Notes under the pieces: generated by a model | The model's database searches: none | Seen by the model: the letters and a program-made list of their open reading frames with translations, nothing else | What the model was told of the DNA's origin: nothing | Translations under genes and position numbers: made by a program | Source: Felis catus | Lineage: Eukaryota | DNA length: 64,000 nucleotides | Direction: 5' to 3' | NCBI RefSeq assembly: GCF_018350175.1 | Contig: NC_058368.1 | Coordinates: 83,826,001-83,890,000 of the forward strand | Shown here: positions 12,282 through 24,342 of the stretch, in pieces | Numbering within the stretch: the first letter of the stretch is position 1 | Layout: every line of letters begins with the position of its first letter

Positions 12282-15200
12282 TCAGGATCCACATAAGAGT
12301 GAAATCATATGGTATCTGTCTTTCTCTGTATGGCTTATTTCACTTAGCATCACACTCTCCAGTTCCATCCACGTGGCTACAAAGGGCCATATTTCATTCT
12401 TTCTCATTGCCATGTAGTACTCCATTGCATAAATAAACCACAATTTCTTTCTCCATTCATCAGTTGATGGATATTTAGGCTCTTTCCATAATATGGCTAC
12501 TGTTGAGAGTGCTGCTATAAACATTGGGGTACAAGTGCCCCTATGCATCAGTACTCTTGTAATCCCTTGGGTAAATTCTTAGCAGTGCTATTCCTGGGTC
12601 ATAGGGTAGGTCTATTTTTAATTTTCTGAAGAACCTCCACACTGTTTTCCAGAGTGGCTGCACCAATTTGCATTCCCACCAACAGTGCAAGAGGGTTCCT
12701 GTTTCTCCACATCCTCGCCAGCATCTATAGTCTCCTGATTTGTTCATTTTGGCCACTCTGACTGGCGTGAGGTGATATCTGAGTGTGGTTTTGATTTGTA
12801 TACCCCTGATAAGGAGCGACGTTGAGCATCTTTTCATGTGCCTGTTGGCCATCTGGATGTCTTTTTTAGAGAAGTGTCTATTCACGTTTTCTGCCCATTT
12901 CTTCACTGGGTTATTTGTTTTTCGGGTGTGGAGTTTGGTGAGCTCTTTATAGATTTTGGATACTAGCCCTTTGTCCGATATGTCATTTGCAAATATCTTT
13001 TCCCATTCCATTGGTTGCCTTTTAGTTTTGTTGGTTGTTTCCTTTGCTGTGCAGAAGCTTTTTATCTTCATAAGGTCCCAGTAGTTCATTTTTGCTTTTA
13101 ATTCCCTTGCCTTTGGGGATGTGTCAAGTAAGAAATTGCTATGGCTGAGGTCAGAGAGATCTTTTCCTGCTTTCTCCTCTAGGGTTTTGAAGGTTTCCTG
13201 TCTCACATTCAGGTTCTTTATCCATTTTGAGTTTATTTTTGGGAATGGTGTGAGAAAGTGGTCTAGTTTGAATCTTCTGCATGTTGCTGTCCAGTTCTCC
13301 CAGCACCATTTATTAAAGACACTGTCTTTTCTCCATTGGATATTCTTTCCTGCTTTGTCAAAGATCAGTTGGCCATACGTTTGTGGGTCTAGTTCCGGGG
13401 TTTCTAGTCTATTCCATTGGTCTATGTGTCTGTTTTTATGCCAATACCATGCTGTCATGATAATTACAGCTTTGTAGTAGAGGCTAAAGTCTGGGCTTGT
13501 GATGCCTCCTGTTTTCTCTTCTTCTTCAAAATTACTTTGGCTATTCAGGGCCTTTTGTGGTTCCATATGAATTTTAGGATTGCTTGTTCTAGTTTTGAGA
13601 ATGCTGGTACAATTTTGATTGGGATTGCATTGAATGTGTAGATAGCTTTGGGTAGTATTGACATTTTGACAATATTTATTCTTCCAATCCATGAGCATGG
13701 AATGTTTTTCCATTTCTTTATATCTTCTTCAATTTCCTTCATAAGCTTTCTATAGTTTTCAGCATACAGATCTTTTACATCTGTGGTTAGATTTATTCCT
13801 AGGTATATATGCTTCTTGGTGCAATTGTGAATGGGATCAGTTTCTTTATTTGTCTTTCTGTTGCTTCATTGTTAGTGTATAAGAATGCAACTGATTTCTG
13901 TACATTGATTTTGTATCCTGCAACTTTGCTGAATTCATGTATCAGTTCTAGCAGACTTTTGGTGGAGTCTATCGGATTTTCCATGTATAATATCATGTCA
14001 TCTGCAAAAAGCAAAAGCTTGACTTCATCTTTGCCAATTTTGATGCCTTTGATTTCCTTTTGTTGTCTGATTGCTGATGCTAGAACTTCCAGCACTATGT
14101 TAAACAACAGCGGTGAGAGTGGGCATCCCTGTCATATTCCTGATCTCAGGGAAAAAGCTCTCAGTTTTTCCCCGTTGAGGATGATGTTAGCTGTGGGCTT
14201 TTCATAAATGGCTTTTATGATGTTTAAGTATGTTCCTTCAATCCCGACTTTCTCAAGGGTTTTTATTAAGAAAGGGTGCTGGATTTTGTCAAAGGCCTTT
14301 TCTGCATCGATTGACAGGACCATATGGTTCTTATCTTTTCTTTTATTAATGTGATGTATCACATTGATTGGTTTGCGAATGTTGAACCAGCCCTGCATCC
14401 CAGGAATGAATCCCACTTGATCATGGTGAATAATCCTTTTTATGTGCTGTTGAATTCGAATTGCTAGTATCTTATCGATAATTTTTGCATCCATATTCAT
14501 CAGGGATATTGGCCTGTAGTTCTCTTTTTTTACTGGGTCTCTGTCTGGTTTAGGAATCAAAGTAATACTGTCTTCATAGAATGAATCTGGAAGTTTTCCT
14601 TCCTTTTCTATTTTTTGGAATAGCTTGAGAAGGATAGATATTATCTCTGCTTTAAACGTCTGGTAGAACTCCCCTGGGAAGCCATCTGGTCCTGGACTCT
14701 TATTTGTTGGGACATTTTTGATGACTGATTCAATTTCTTCGCTGGTTATGGGTCTGTTCAAGCTTTCTATTTCCTCCTGATTGAGTTTTGGAAGTGTGTG
14801 GGTGTTTAGGAATTTGTCCATTTCTTCCAGGTTGTCCAATTTGTTGGCATATAATTTTTCATAGTATTCCCTGATAATTACTTGTATCTCTCAGGGATTG
14901 GTTGTCATAATTCCACTTTCATTCATGATTTTATCTATTTGGGTCATCTCCCTTTTCTTTTTGAGAAGCCTGGCTAGAGGTTTGTCAATATTGTTTATTT
15001 TTTCAAAAACCCAACTCTTGGTTTCATTGATCTGCTCTACAGTTTTTTTAGATTCTATATTGTTTATTTCTGCTCTGATCTTTATTATTTCTCTTCTTCT
15101 GCTGAATTTAGGCTGTCTTTGCTGTTCTGCTTCTAGTTCCTTTAGGTGTGCTGTTAGATTTTGTATTTGGGACTTTTCTTGTTTCTTGAGATAGGCCTCG

Positions 15201-16137
15201 ATTGCAATGTATTTTCCTCTCAGGACTGCCTTCGCTGCATCCCAAAGCATTTGCATTGTTGTATTTTCATTTTCATTTGTTTCCATATATTGTTTTAATT
15301 TCTTGTCTCATTGCCTGGTTGACCCACTCATTCGTTAGTAGGGTGTTCTTTAACCTCCATGTTTTGGAGGTTTTCCAAACTTTTTTCTGTGGTTGATTTC
15401 AAGCTTCATAACATTGTGGTCTGAAAGTATGCATGGTATATTTTCAATTCTTGTAAACTTATGAAGGGCTGTTTTGTGACCCAGTATATGATCTATCTTG
15501 GAGAATGTTCCATGTGCACTCGAGAAGAAAGTATATTCTGTTGCTTTGGGATGCAGAGTTCTAAATATATCTGTCAAGTCCATCTAATCCAAGGTATCAT
15601 TCAGGGCCCTTGTTTCTTATTGACCGTGTGTCTAGATCATCTATCCATTTCTGTAAGTGGAGTGTTAAAGTCCCCTGCAATTACCACATTCTTATCAATA
15701 AGGTTGCTTATGTTTATAAGTAATTTTTTATATATTTGGGGGTCCTGTATTTGGCGCATAGACATTTATAATTGTTAGCTCTTCCTGATGTATAGACCCT
15801 GTGATTATTATATAATGCCCTTCTTCATCTCTTGTTACAGCCTTTAATTTAAAGTCTAGTTATATAATGCCCTTCTTCATCTCTTGTCTACAGTCTTTAA
15901 TTTAAAGTATGGCTACTCCAGCTTTCTTTTGACTTCCAGTGGCATGATAAATAGTTCTCCATCCCCTCACTCTCAATCTGAAGATGTCTTCAGGTCTAAA
16001 ATGAGTCTCTTGTAGGCAGCAAATAGATGGGTTTTGTTTTTTTTTTTTTATCCATTCTGATAACCTATGTCTTTTGGTTGGCACATTTGGTCATTTACAT
16101 TCAGTGTTATTATAGAAAGATATGGGTTTAGAGTCAT
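12282..16137 (-). pseudogene. L1 ORF2 (endonuclease / reverse transcriptase / C-terminal domain), frameshifted
   Basis: ATG at 16137 (MTLNPYLSIITLNVN). Fragments carry [35 protein letters not shown] and the CWRGC..HCWWEC zinc-knuckle. Split across at least 8 ORFs. Confidence 0.95.
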
Positions 16138-16187
16138 AATGATGTCCGTAGGTTTCATGCTAGTAGCAATGTCCCTGGTACTTTGTC

Positions 16188-17077
16188 TCACAAGATCCCC
16201 CTTCGGATGTCTTGTAGGGCTGGTTTAGTGGTGACGAATTCCTTCAGTTTTTGATTGTTTGGGAAGACCTTTATCTCTCCTTCTATTCTAAATGACAGAC
16301 TTGCGGGATAAAGGATTCTCGGCTGCATATTTTTTCTCTTCATCACATTGAAGATCTCCTGCCATTCCTTTCTGGCCTGCCAAGTTTCAGTACAGAGATC
16401 AGTCACGAGTCTTATAGGTCTCCCTTTATATGTTAGAACACGTTTATCTCTAGCTGCTTTTGGAAGTTTCTCTTTATCCTTGTATTTTGCCAGTTTCACT
16501 ATGATATGCCATGCAGAAGATCAATTCAAGTTATGTCTGAAGGGAGTTCTCTGTGCCTCTTGGATTTCAATGCTTTTTTCCTTCCCCAGATCCGGGAAGT
16601 TCTCAGCTATTATTTCTTCAGGTACCCCTTCAGCACCTTTCCCTCTCTCTTCCTCCTCTGGAATACCAATTATGCATAGATTATTTCTCTTTCATGCATC
16701 ACTTAGTTCTCTAATTTTCCCCTTATACTACTGGATTTTTTATCTCTCTTTTTCTCAGCTTCTTCTTTTTACATAATTTTATCTTCTAGTTCACCTATTC
16801 TCTCCTCTGCCTCTTCAATCCGAGCCGTAGTTGTCTCCATTTTATTTTGCATCTCGATAACATTTTTTAGCTCCTCCTGGCTGTTCCTTAGTCCCTTGAT
16901 CACTGTAGCAAGAGATTCTCTGCTGTCCTTTATACTGTTTTCAAGCCCAGCGATTAATTTTATGACTATTATTCTAAATTCACTTTCTGTTATATTGTTT
17001 AAATCATTTTTGATCAGTTCGTTAGCTGTTGTTATTTCCTGGATGTTTTTCTGAGGGGAATTCTTCCATTTCGTCAT
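16188..17077 (-). pseudogene. L1 ORF1 (RNA-binding coiled-coil protein), interrupted
   Basis: ATG at 17077 (MTKWKNSPQKN..EFRIIVIKLIAGLE); C-terminal piece ARKEWQEIF..PRILYPASLSF ends at 16188; split into two ORFs. Confidence 0.93.
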
Positions 17078-17972
17078 TTTGGATAGTCCCTGGACTGGTG
17101 CGGGACTTTGGGGCACTTCCCCTGTGCTGTGGTGTATAACTGGAGCTGGTGGGCGGAGCCGCAGTCAGACCTGATGTCTGCCCCCAGCCCACCTCTGGGG
17201 CCACAGTTAGAATGGTGTGTGCCTTCTCTTCCCCTCTCCTAGGGGCGGGATTCACTGTGGGGTGGCGTGGCCCATCTGGGCTACTTGCACACTGCCAGGC
17301 TTGTGGTGCTGGGGATCTGGCGTATTAGCTGGGGTGGATTGGCAAGGTGCACAGGGGCGGGAGGGGCAGGCTGAGCTTGCTTTTCCTTTGGAGATCTGCT
17401 TCGGGAGGGGCCCTGCGGCACCAGGAGGCAGTCAGACCCGCTAGAGGGATGGATCTGCAGAAGCACAGCGTTGGGTGTTTGCGCAGTGCAAGCAAGTTCC
17501 CTGACAGGAACTGGTTCCCTTTGGGATTTTGGCTGGGGGATGGGTGAGGGAGATGGCGCTGGCGAGCGCCTTTGTTCCCTGCCAAGCTGAGCTCTGTTGT
17601 CCGGGGCTCAACAACTCTCCCTCTCGTTGTCCTCCAGCCCTCCCATTCTCAGAGCGTACTGCTGATCACTTAGATTCCACCTACACCTGCCTAAATTACC
17701 CAGAAAACCGTCAGAAGACTTGCAGAACGGAGTCTCTGGAGCCAAATGCAGATGAGAGGCCCAAAGAAGAGGGTAGGAAAGGCAGCGAGGAGGTGCTCTC
17801 TCCAGGGACTGGCGGGAGGGAGCCAGGGTGGAGGGGTGGCCTGCCAGCCAAGCAGAGCCCCTGAGTCTGGCTTGCAAAAGTGGAGGGGCCGACTGGAGTG
17901 TGTTCCGACAGCACGAGGGACTTGACATCTGGAAGGTTATAAGTTAACAGCTCTGTTCGGAGAATGGGAGGG

Positions 17973-19090
17973 TGTGTGGACCCTGGTGTAAGCAGGTTAG
18001 TCAACCAGTGTCAGTGTTGTGGCACTGAAGGTGGTCCTGTGTTTATGCTGAGGTGCAGGAGAAGGAAATGGTGCCAGCCAGCTTTGGCCCTGGAGAAGAG
18101 TCTCAGTGTTTACTACTTTCAGGAAAGTACTCTTTGAAGTGCAAATAATCTCCTCACTGTGTGTCTCAGGCATTTTTGACCACTGTTTTCATGCTGTCTG
18201 TGTCCAGATTGTTTGCCTGCCTTGTCTTCAGGAGCATCGCAGTGCCCTCTGGGCTCTGTCTCAGCCAAGCCTGCTTGCTGACTTTTAAAACTCCAGGCAT
18301 TAATGATCTGGTACAGTTAGGGGCTGCATTGGTCTCCTAAAGGTCACTCTACTCTGGGACTGAAGGAGGTTTGACGTTGGAGCAGAGAATTCACACCAGA
18401 GAACAGGGGCGTGGAGCTTGACAAAGTAGGTTAGGTAGCCAGGGACAGGACCAAGCTGCCCTTGGAGGGTGGATCTGCTTTAATGCTGAAGAGCAGGGGT
18501 GAGAAATAGTGCTAACAGACTCATTTGTCCACAGAGAGACATCTCTATCCTTGCTACCTCTCATGGATGCTTTATAAGAAGAGCAAATGGTTCCCTTCTC
18601 CCCACCATATGCCCCAGACCTTCCTCAGATTGCACTGTCTGTCCCAGGCTGTTTACCTTCCTTCTCTCCAGTGCCCTCAAGGCTCTATTCCAGCTAAGCC
18701 TGCCAACCTTTAAAAGTCCAGTCTTCACGTCCCCTCCCCACCCCCGTTACAAAAACTCATGAAAATCAGCCCCTCTCATTTTCCCAGCCAGTAATTGTGG
18801 TAGTGTTCTTTTTGTGTGTTCCCCTTGTGCCTCTGTCTTTCAGGACTTTCACTGCAAACAGGTCTCCCTCCACTCTGCAGCACTTGCAATCTGTTTCTCC
18901 CACAAAACATGTTTCCACACTTCCTAGAGTCCTCAATGTGAACTCTTCTCTCCTTCTAGTTCTGGAGTTTGTTCTGTCAATCCTCAGGTTGATTTCTGAG
19001 GTATTCAGAATGATTTGATAGTTATCTACTTGTTTTTGAGGAACAAGACAAGCCTAGGGTCCTCCTACTATGCTGCCATCTCAGCTCCTC
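17973..19090 (-). mobile_element. Orphan 5'UTR of an older L1 with two degenerate repeat units
   Basis: Similar to 9560-10510 and 58631-59090 (shared AAAACTCATGAAA and GGAAATGGTGCCAG-like blocks). Ends in the L1 5'-terminal motif, plus strand GCCATCTCAGCTCC at ~19075-19088. Confidence 0.75.
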
Positions 19091-22000
19091 TGTCTTGGGA
19101 TGACAATTTTAACAGCTAAAAAAAGTCAAATGAGAATTCAATATCCAGTGTAACTATTCTTCAAAGTGAACTAAAAAAATAAGGCATTCCTAGATTAACA
19201 AAAGCTTTGAAACTCTGCAACTTGTAGATCCTACATACAAGAAGTGCTAAAAGGAGTTTTTTAAGCCAAAATTTAAAAAGCAAAAAAAAAAAAGTAACTT
19301 AAAGTCATATGAAGACAAAGAACACTGACAAAATAATTGCATGGAAATAAAAAGATAGGAGGAAACAGAAGCTAACACTAAAGGAAGAAAGAGAATAATA
19401 AAAAAAAAAGAGGTAAAAATCTAAGATAGGAATACAGTAGAGAAAATTAACTAAACCAAACAGTGGTTGTTTAAAAGAATCGACAAAATTGACAAAACCT
19501 GGACCAGAATTATCAAAATACCAAAGAGAAAAGAATAAAAGTGTAAAAATCAGAACCTGTGTGTGTGTTTGTGTGTATAAAGAAGATGTGACATATAGAT
19601 AGGTAGATCGATTGATCGATACACACATACATACATACATACACACACACTACTGTTGCTTCTATAGCATAGCTATTGTACATAATGCTGAAATCCAAAA
19701 ACAAAACAAGTGAATAAATATCAGACATATAAATTCAGAGAATATACTAATGTTTTTCATAAGAGATAGAAATAAAGTGATGGGCAAAATGACTGAAGGG
19801 GAGTGAGAGAAACAGGCTTCTGGTTATGGAATGAATAAGTCACAGGAATGAAAGGTACAGCATAGGAAACATAGCCAATGGTATTGTAATAGTGTTATCT
19901 GTCAAAAGATTGTAGCTACACTGCTACACTGTGGTTATCCTAGCATAGCATATAAACTTATTGAATTGCTATATTGTACACCTGAAGCTAATGTAACACA
20001 ATATATCAACTATATTAAAATAAAAAGAAGAAAAATAAGAAATGAAAAAAAAATCATAACTTAAAGTGAGGACATCATTATCATAAAGAAATAAATATGA
20101 TAACAAATGAAAGAATGCTATGGACAGTTTTATGTTGAAAATATAATCAAAATTAGATGGGAAAATTCCTAGAAACATACAAACCTTCAAAACTGACTCT
20201 AAATCTTCAAAAACTTGAATGTATTCCCCTAGAATATACTTGGAACAAGTAAAACTAGAATTAGTAATCAAAACAAAACAAAACAAGACCAGATTACTTC
20301 AAACATAAATTCAACCAAAAACTTCAAGAAAAATTAACATTAATGTTTCTGAAATATTTTGAAAGGACAGAAAAAGAGCAAACTTTCTCTAAATCAATTA
20401 TTAGGTCAGCATTACCCAAATACCAAAGTTAGAAAAGGAAATAACAAGAAAACTCAGAACAATATCACTTTTGAACAGAAAAATCTCCAACAAAATACTA
20501 GCAAATAAAATCCAACAGCATATTAAAGGGATTATACACCGTTGTCAAGTAGGATTTATCCTTAGAATGCAAGTATGGCTCAACATACATAAACCAATCA
20601 GTGTAATATGACATGTTAGCACACAATTTCTCAACATCAACCTAACACTGAAAGTCAGCTAGAACAATTACACAAAAACAAGCAAATAAACAAAAACCTT
20701 CCTTATCAGAGGTGAAAGAAGTCAAATTATTTCATTTTGCAGATAACAAGATCTTACGTAGAAAATCATAAGACCACACACACACACACACAAATCCAGC
20801 AGAGGTGTTGGACACAAAATCAATATACAAAAATGAGTTGCATTTGTATACACTAACAACAATTATCCAAAAAATAAAATTATAGAATGGCTCCCATTTA
20901 CACTACCACTACTACGTTACAGTATTATAGTATTAAAATTACATACTGAATAATAAACTGAAACAAGGAGGTGAAAGACTTGTATACTACAAACTCTAAA
21001 ACACTGGTAATACAAATTAAAACAGGCAAAAATAACTGGAAAGGTATTCCATGTTTATGAATTGGGATAATTATTTTTTAATGTCTGTATTATCCAAAGG
21101 TGTCTATAGATTCTGTGAAATTCCTAACAAAACCCCAATGTCACTTTTTCTACCAAAAAAAAATAGAGAAAAGAATTCTAAAGTTCATGTAAAAACATAA
21201 AATACCCCAAATAGCCCAAACAATTTTGATCCATATGAGTAAAGCTGAAGGTGTCATGTTTGCTGCTTTCAAATTGTATTACATAGCTACAGGAATCAAA
21301 AGAATATGATACTAGCACAAAAACTGAGATATATAACAATAGAACAAAATAAAGGGTCTAGAAATGAGCACACATGTATACAGTCAATATATCTTCAAAA
21401 AGGATGCCAAGAATAGAAAATGGGGAAAAATATAGTCCCTTCAACAAACCACATAGGGAAAACTACGTATTAATTTGCAGAAGAATTATATTGGATTCTT
21501 ACACTACAGAAAAATGTATTAAAGCCTCAAACAAGAGACATGTGATCCTAAGATTCCCAGAAGAGAACAGGAGAAAAGTTTTTGTATGCTGACATTGCTA
21601 ATGGTTTCTTGGATATGACACAAAAATGCAGGTAACAAAAGTCAAAAACTAAGTGCAATTACATCAAACTTAAAAGCTTCTCCATAGCAAATGAAACTGT
21701 TAACAAAATGAGAATGCAACCTACAGAATGGAAGAAAATATTTGTAAGCCATATACCTGATAAAGAGTTAATATCAAATATATAAGGAACCCATATAATT
21801 CGATAGCAAAACAAAACAAATAACCTATTTAAAAATTGGCAAAGGAACTAAATAGACATTTCTTCAAAGAAGAAACACAAATATGACACAGTATGTTAAC
21901 TGTATTTCAAATTAAAAAAAATACAAGAACATATACAAATTTCCAGCAGATGTATGAAGGGGTAATCTATATCATTAATTATTAGGTAAATAAAAAATCA

Positions 22001-22457
22001 AATCTGATGCTGTTTTGGATGGCTATTATTAAACTGAACAAAGGACAACTAATGTTGAGCATGTGATGAAAAGGTAACCTTTATTAATTTTTGGTTGAAA
22101 AGTGAAATGGTGAAATGATTTAATAAAACAATATGGAGGTTTCTAAAAATACTAAAAATAGAATTACCATTTGATTCAGCATTTTCAATTCTGAGTATAT
22201 ATCTAAAGAAATGAAGTCTGGATCTTGAAGAAATATTTGTCTTCCCATGTTTATTGCAGCATTATTCACAAGAGCCAATATGTAAGAGAAATATAAAAGT
22301 CCATTGATAGAGGACTACATAAAGAAAATGTGGCATATGAATACAATGGTACATTCTATAACTTTAAAGAAAAGTGCACATTTTACAACATGCATAAACC
22401 TGAAAGACATTAAATGAAATAAGCCAAACAGAAGGAAAAATGCTAAATACCATTTTT

Positions 22458-22675
22458 TTTTAAATTTTTTTTCAACGGTTATTTATTTTTGGGACAGAGA
22501 GAGACAGAGCATGAACGGGGGAGGGGCAGAGAGAGAGGGAGACACAGAATCGGAAACAGGCTCCAGGTTCTGAGCCATCAGCCCAGAGCCTGACGCGGGG
22601 CTCGAACTCAGGGACCGCGAGATCGTGACCTGGCTGAAGTCGGACGCTTAACCGACTGCGCCACCCAGGCGCCCC
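22458..22675 (-). mobile_element. Young felid Can-SINE
   Basis: CpG-rich, consensus-like body; TSD CTAAATACCATTTTT at 22443-22457 and 22677-22691. Confidence 0.97.
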
Positions 22676-23130
22676 ACTAAATACCATTTTTAAGAGGAAT
22701 ATAAAATGGTGAAATGCATATAGCAAAAGGTAGAAGAGTGGTTCCCAGATGCTGTGAGGAGGAGAGAACAGAGTAGTAGTAGCAAAAGTGTATCAAATTT
22801 TTGTTATATATATATAGAACACTAGAGTTCTAGTGTACAGCATATTGCCTACAGTTAGTAATGCTGTACTAAGAGGGAGGTTTGCCTCCTTCTTGGCAAT
22901 TCTTAAGTATATAGTATAACGTTTTTAATTATAAGCAAACCATAAGATACTCTTAAATACAAAGGAGAAACTAGGGATTGCTGGAGGGGAGGTGGGTGGG
23001 AGGGTTGGGTTAGGTGGGTGATAGACTTTGTGGAGGGCACTTTGGGGATGAGCACTGTCACACATAAGAGATGAATCATTGGGTTCTACTCCTGAGACCA
23101 GGACTGTACTGTATGTTAACTAACTTAAAT

Positions 23131-23162
<32 letters not shown>

Positions 23163-23190
23163 ACTGACTAATCTTACATAAAGTGCTCTT

Positions 23191-23219
23191 TTTTAATGTT
23201 TTTTAAGCTTTGTTTATTT

Positions 23220-23250
<31 letters not shown>

Positions 23251-23402
23251 AGAGCATAATCAGGGGAGGAGCAGAGAGAGGGAAACACAAAATCCAAAGC
23301 AGGCTCCAGGCTCTGAGCTGTCAGCACAGAGCCCAATGCAGGGCTCAAACTCACGAACCATGAGATCATGACCTGAGCTGAAGTCAGACAGCCAACTGAG
23401 CC
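23191..23402 (-). mobile_element. Can-SINE, slightly 5'-truncated
   Basis: TSD AAAGTGCTCTT at 23180-23190 and 23403-23413. Confidence 0.93.
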
Positions 23403-23424
23403 AAAGTGCTCTTATCACAGAATT

Positions 23425-23830
23425 GAAGAAGAAAGAAGGAGAAGGTGAAGGAGGAAGAGGAGGAGAAGAAAGGGGAGGAGGAACAGACAAGGAGGGGAAG
23501 AGAGGGGAAGGGGGAGGAGGAGAAGAAGGACAGAAAGAGGAGGAATTAGACAGTAGTATGAAACTTTGAATAAACAGTATTATGGTATATGCCAATTTCC
23601 AAACTCATCTAGTTCTACACATTAATTATCTACATTCTCTATATGTATGGAAAACTAAAGAATAAATATAAGAGCCTATGTATAGCTAGCTTAAGCATTC
23701 TTACCGAAAGAAGGAGAAGAAGATGACAACAAATATGAGAAAGGAGAAGAAGAAGGAGAAGGAGAGGAAGAAGAAGAGGAGGAAGATGAAGAGGATTAGG
23801 AAAAAAAAGAATATGAGGAAGAAGAAGAGA
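23425..23830. repeat. Two purine-rich (GAA/GGA) low-complexity tracts
   Basis: About 23425-23545 and 23705-23830 are almost entirely A/G on the plus strand. Confidence 0.9.
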
Positions 23831-24140
23831 TAGTGAGAGATACGTGAGTTCATGTATATAAACACTTCCATGGTTGCCCCATACAGATACTGTTAGCTGT
23901 CTGTGACCATTAATAGTGCCTAGGTAGTTTCTAAATGTTATCAAAGTCCTCATATGTGCATCATTAAATCAAATTCCTACAACAAATCTATTTATTAAAT
24001 ATATTTCTCCTTTTTATACCTGAGGAAACTGAAGCTCAGATAAAGTACTCTTCACCCTATTAATTTGAGACTAGGGCAAGAAAATGATCTGCCAAAATTA
24101 CTCAACCAATAAACAGTAAATACAGACTGGAAAACAAAAA

Positions 24141-24342
24141 TTTTATTTAAGTTTATTTATTTCTTTTGAGAAAAAGTGGCGGGGCAGGAGATGGACAGAG
24201 AGAGAGGGAGAGAGAGAATCCCAAACAGGCTCCATGTTGTCAGCACAAAGCCCAATAGGGGGCTCTATCCCACAAACCCTGAGATCATGACCTGAGATGA
24301 AACCAAGAGTCAGATGCTTAACCAACTGAGACACCCAGGCAC
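24141..24342 (-). mobile_element. Can-SINE
   Basis: Reverse complement of SINE head (CACCCAGGCACC), body and tail. Confidence 0.92.

Larger units (their letters stand above)
12049..17972 (-). mobile_element. Young near full-length cat-type L1 (~5.9 kb) with inverted 5'UTR tip
   Basis: Long, well-preserved ORF2 and ORF1 segments and a CpG-containing 5'UTR. Short T run at 12049-12056 is the tail. Segment ~17655-17972 is in the opposite orientation. Confidence 0.96.
19100..23650 (+). mobile_element. Ancient fragmented L1 (ORF1 end, ORF2 remnants, 3' end) with nested younger inserts
   Basis: Degenerate ORF2 landmarks in order (GGATTTATCCTTAGAATGCAAG, TTTTGCAGATAAC, AAAAGCTTCTCCATAGCAAA, ATGTTTATTGCAGCATTATTCAC). 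Nested L1 3' ends at ~19690-20030 and ~22935-23163. Confidence 0.75.

Noticed and set aside
12541..13713. 390-aa ORF as an independent gene
   Set aside because: It is the C-terminal part of L1 ORF2 with an out-of-frame N-terminus; ORF2 is multiply frameshifted, so the element is not autonomous.
17022..18004. Dense cluster of overlapping GC-rich ORFs, possible ORF0-like antisense gene
   Set aside because: Expected in a GC-rich L1 5'UTR; several cross the inversion junction and none has a recognisable domain.
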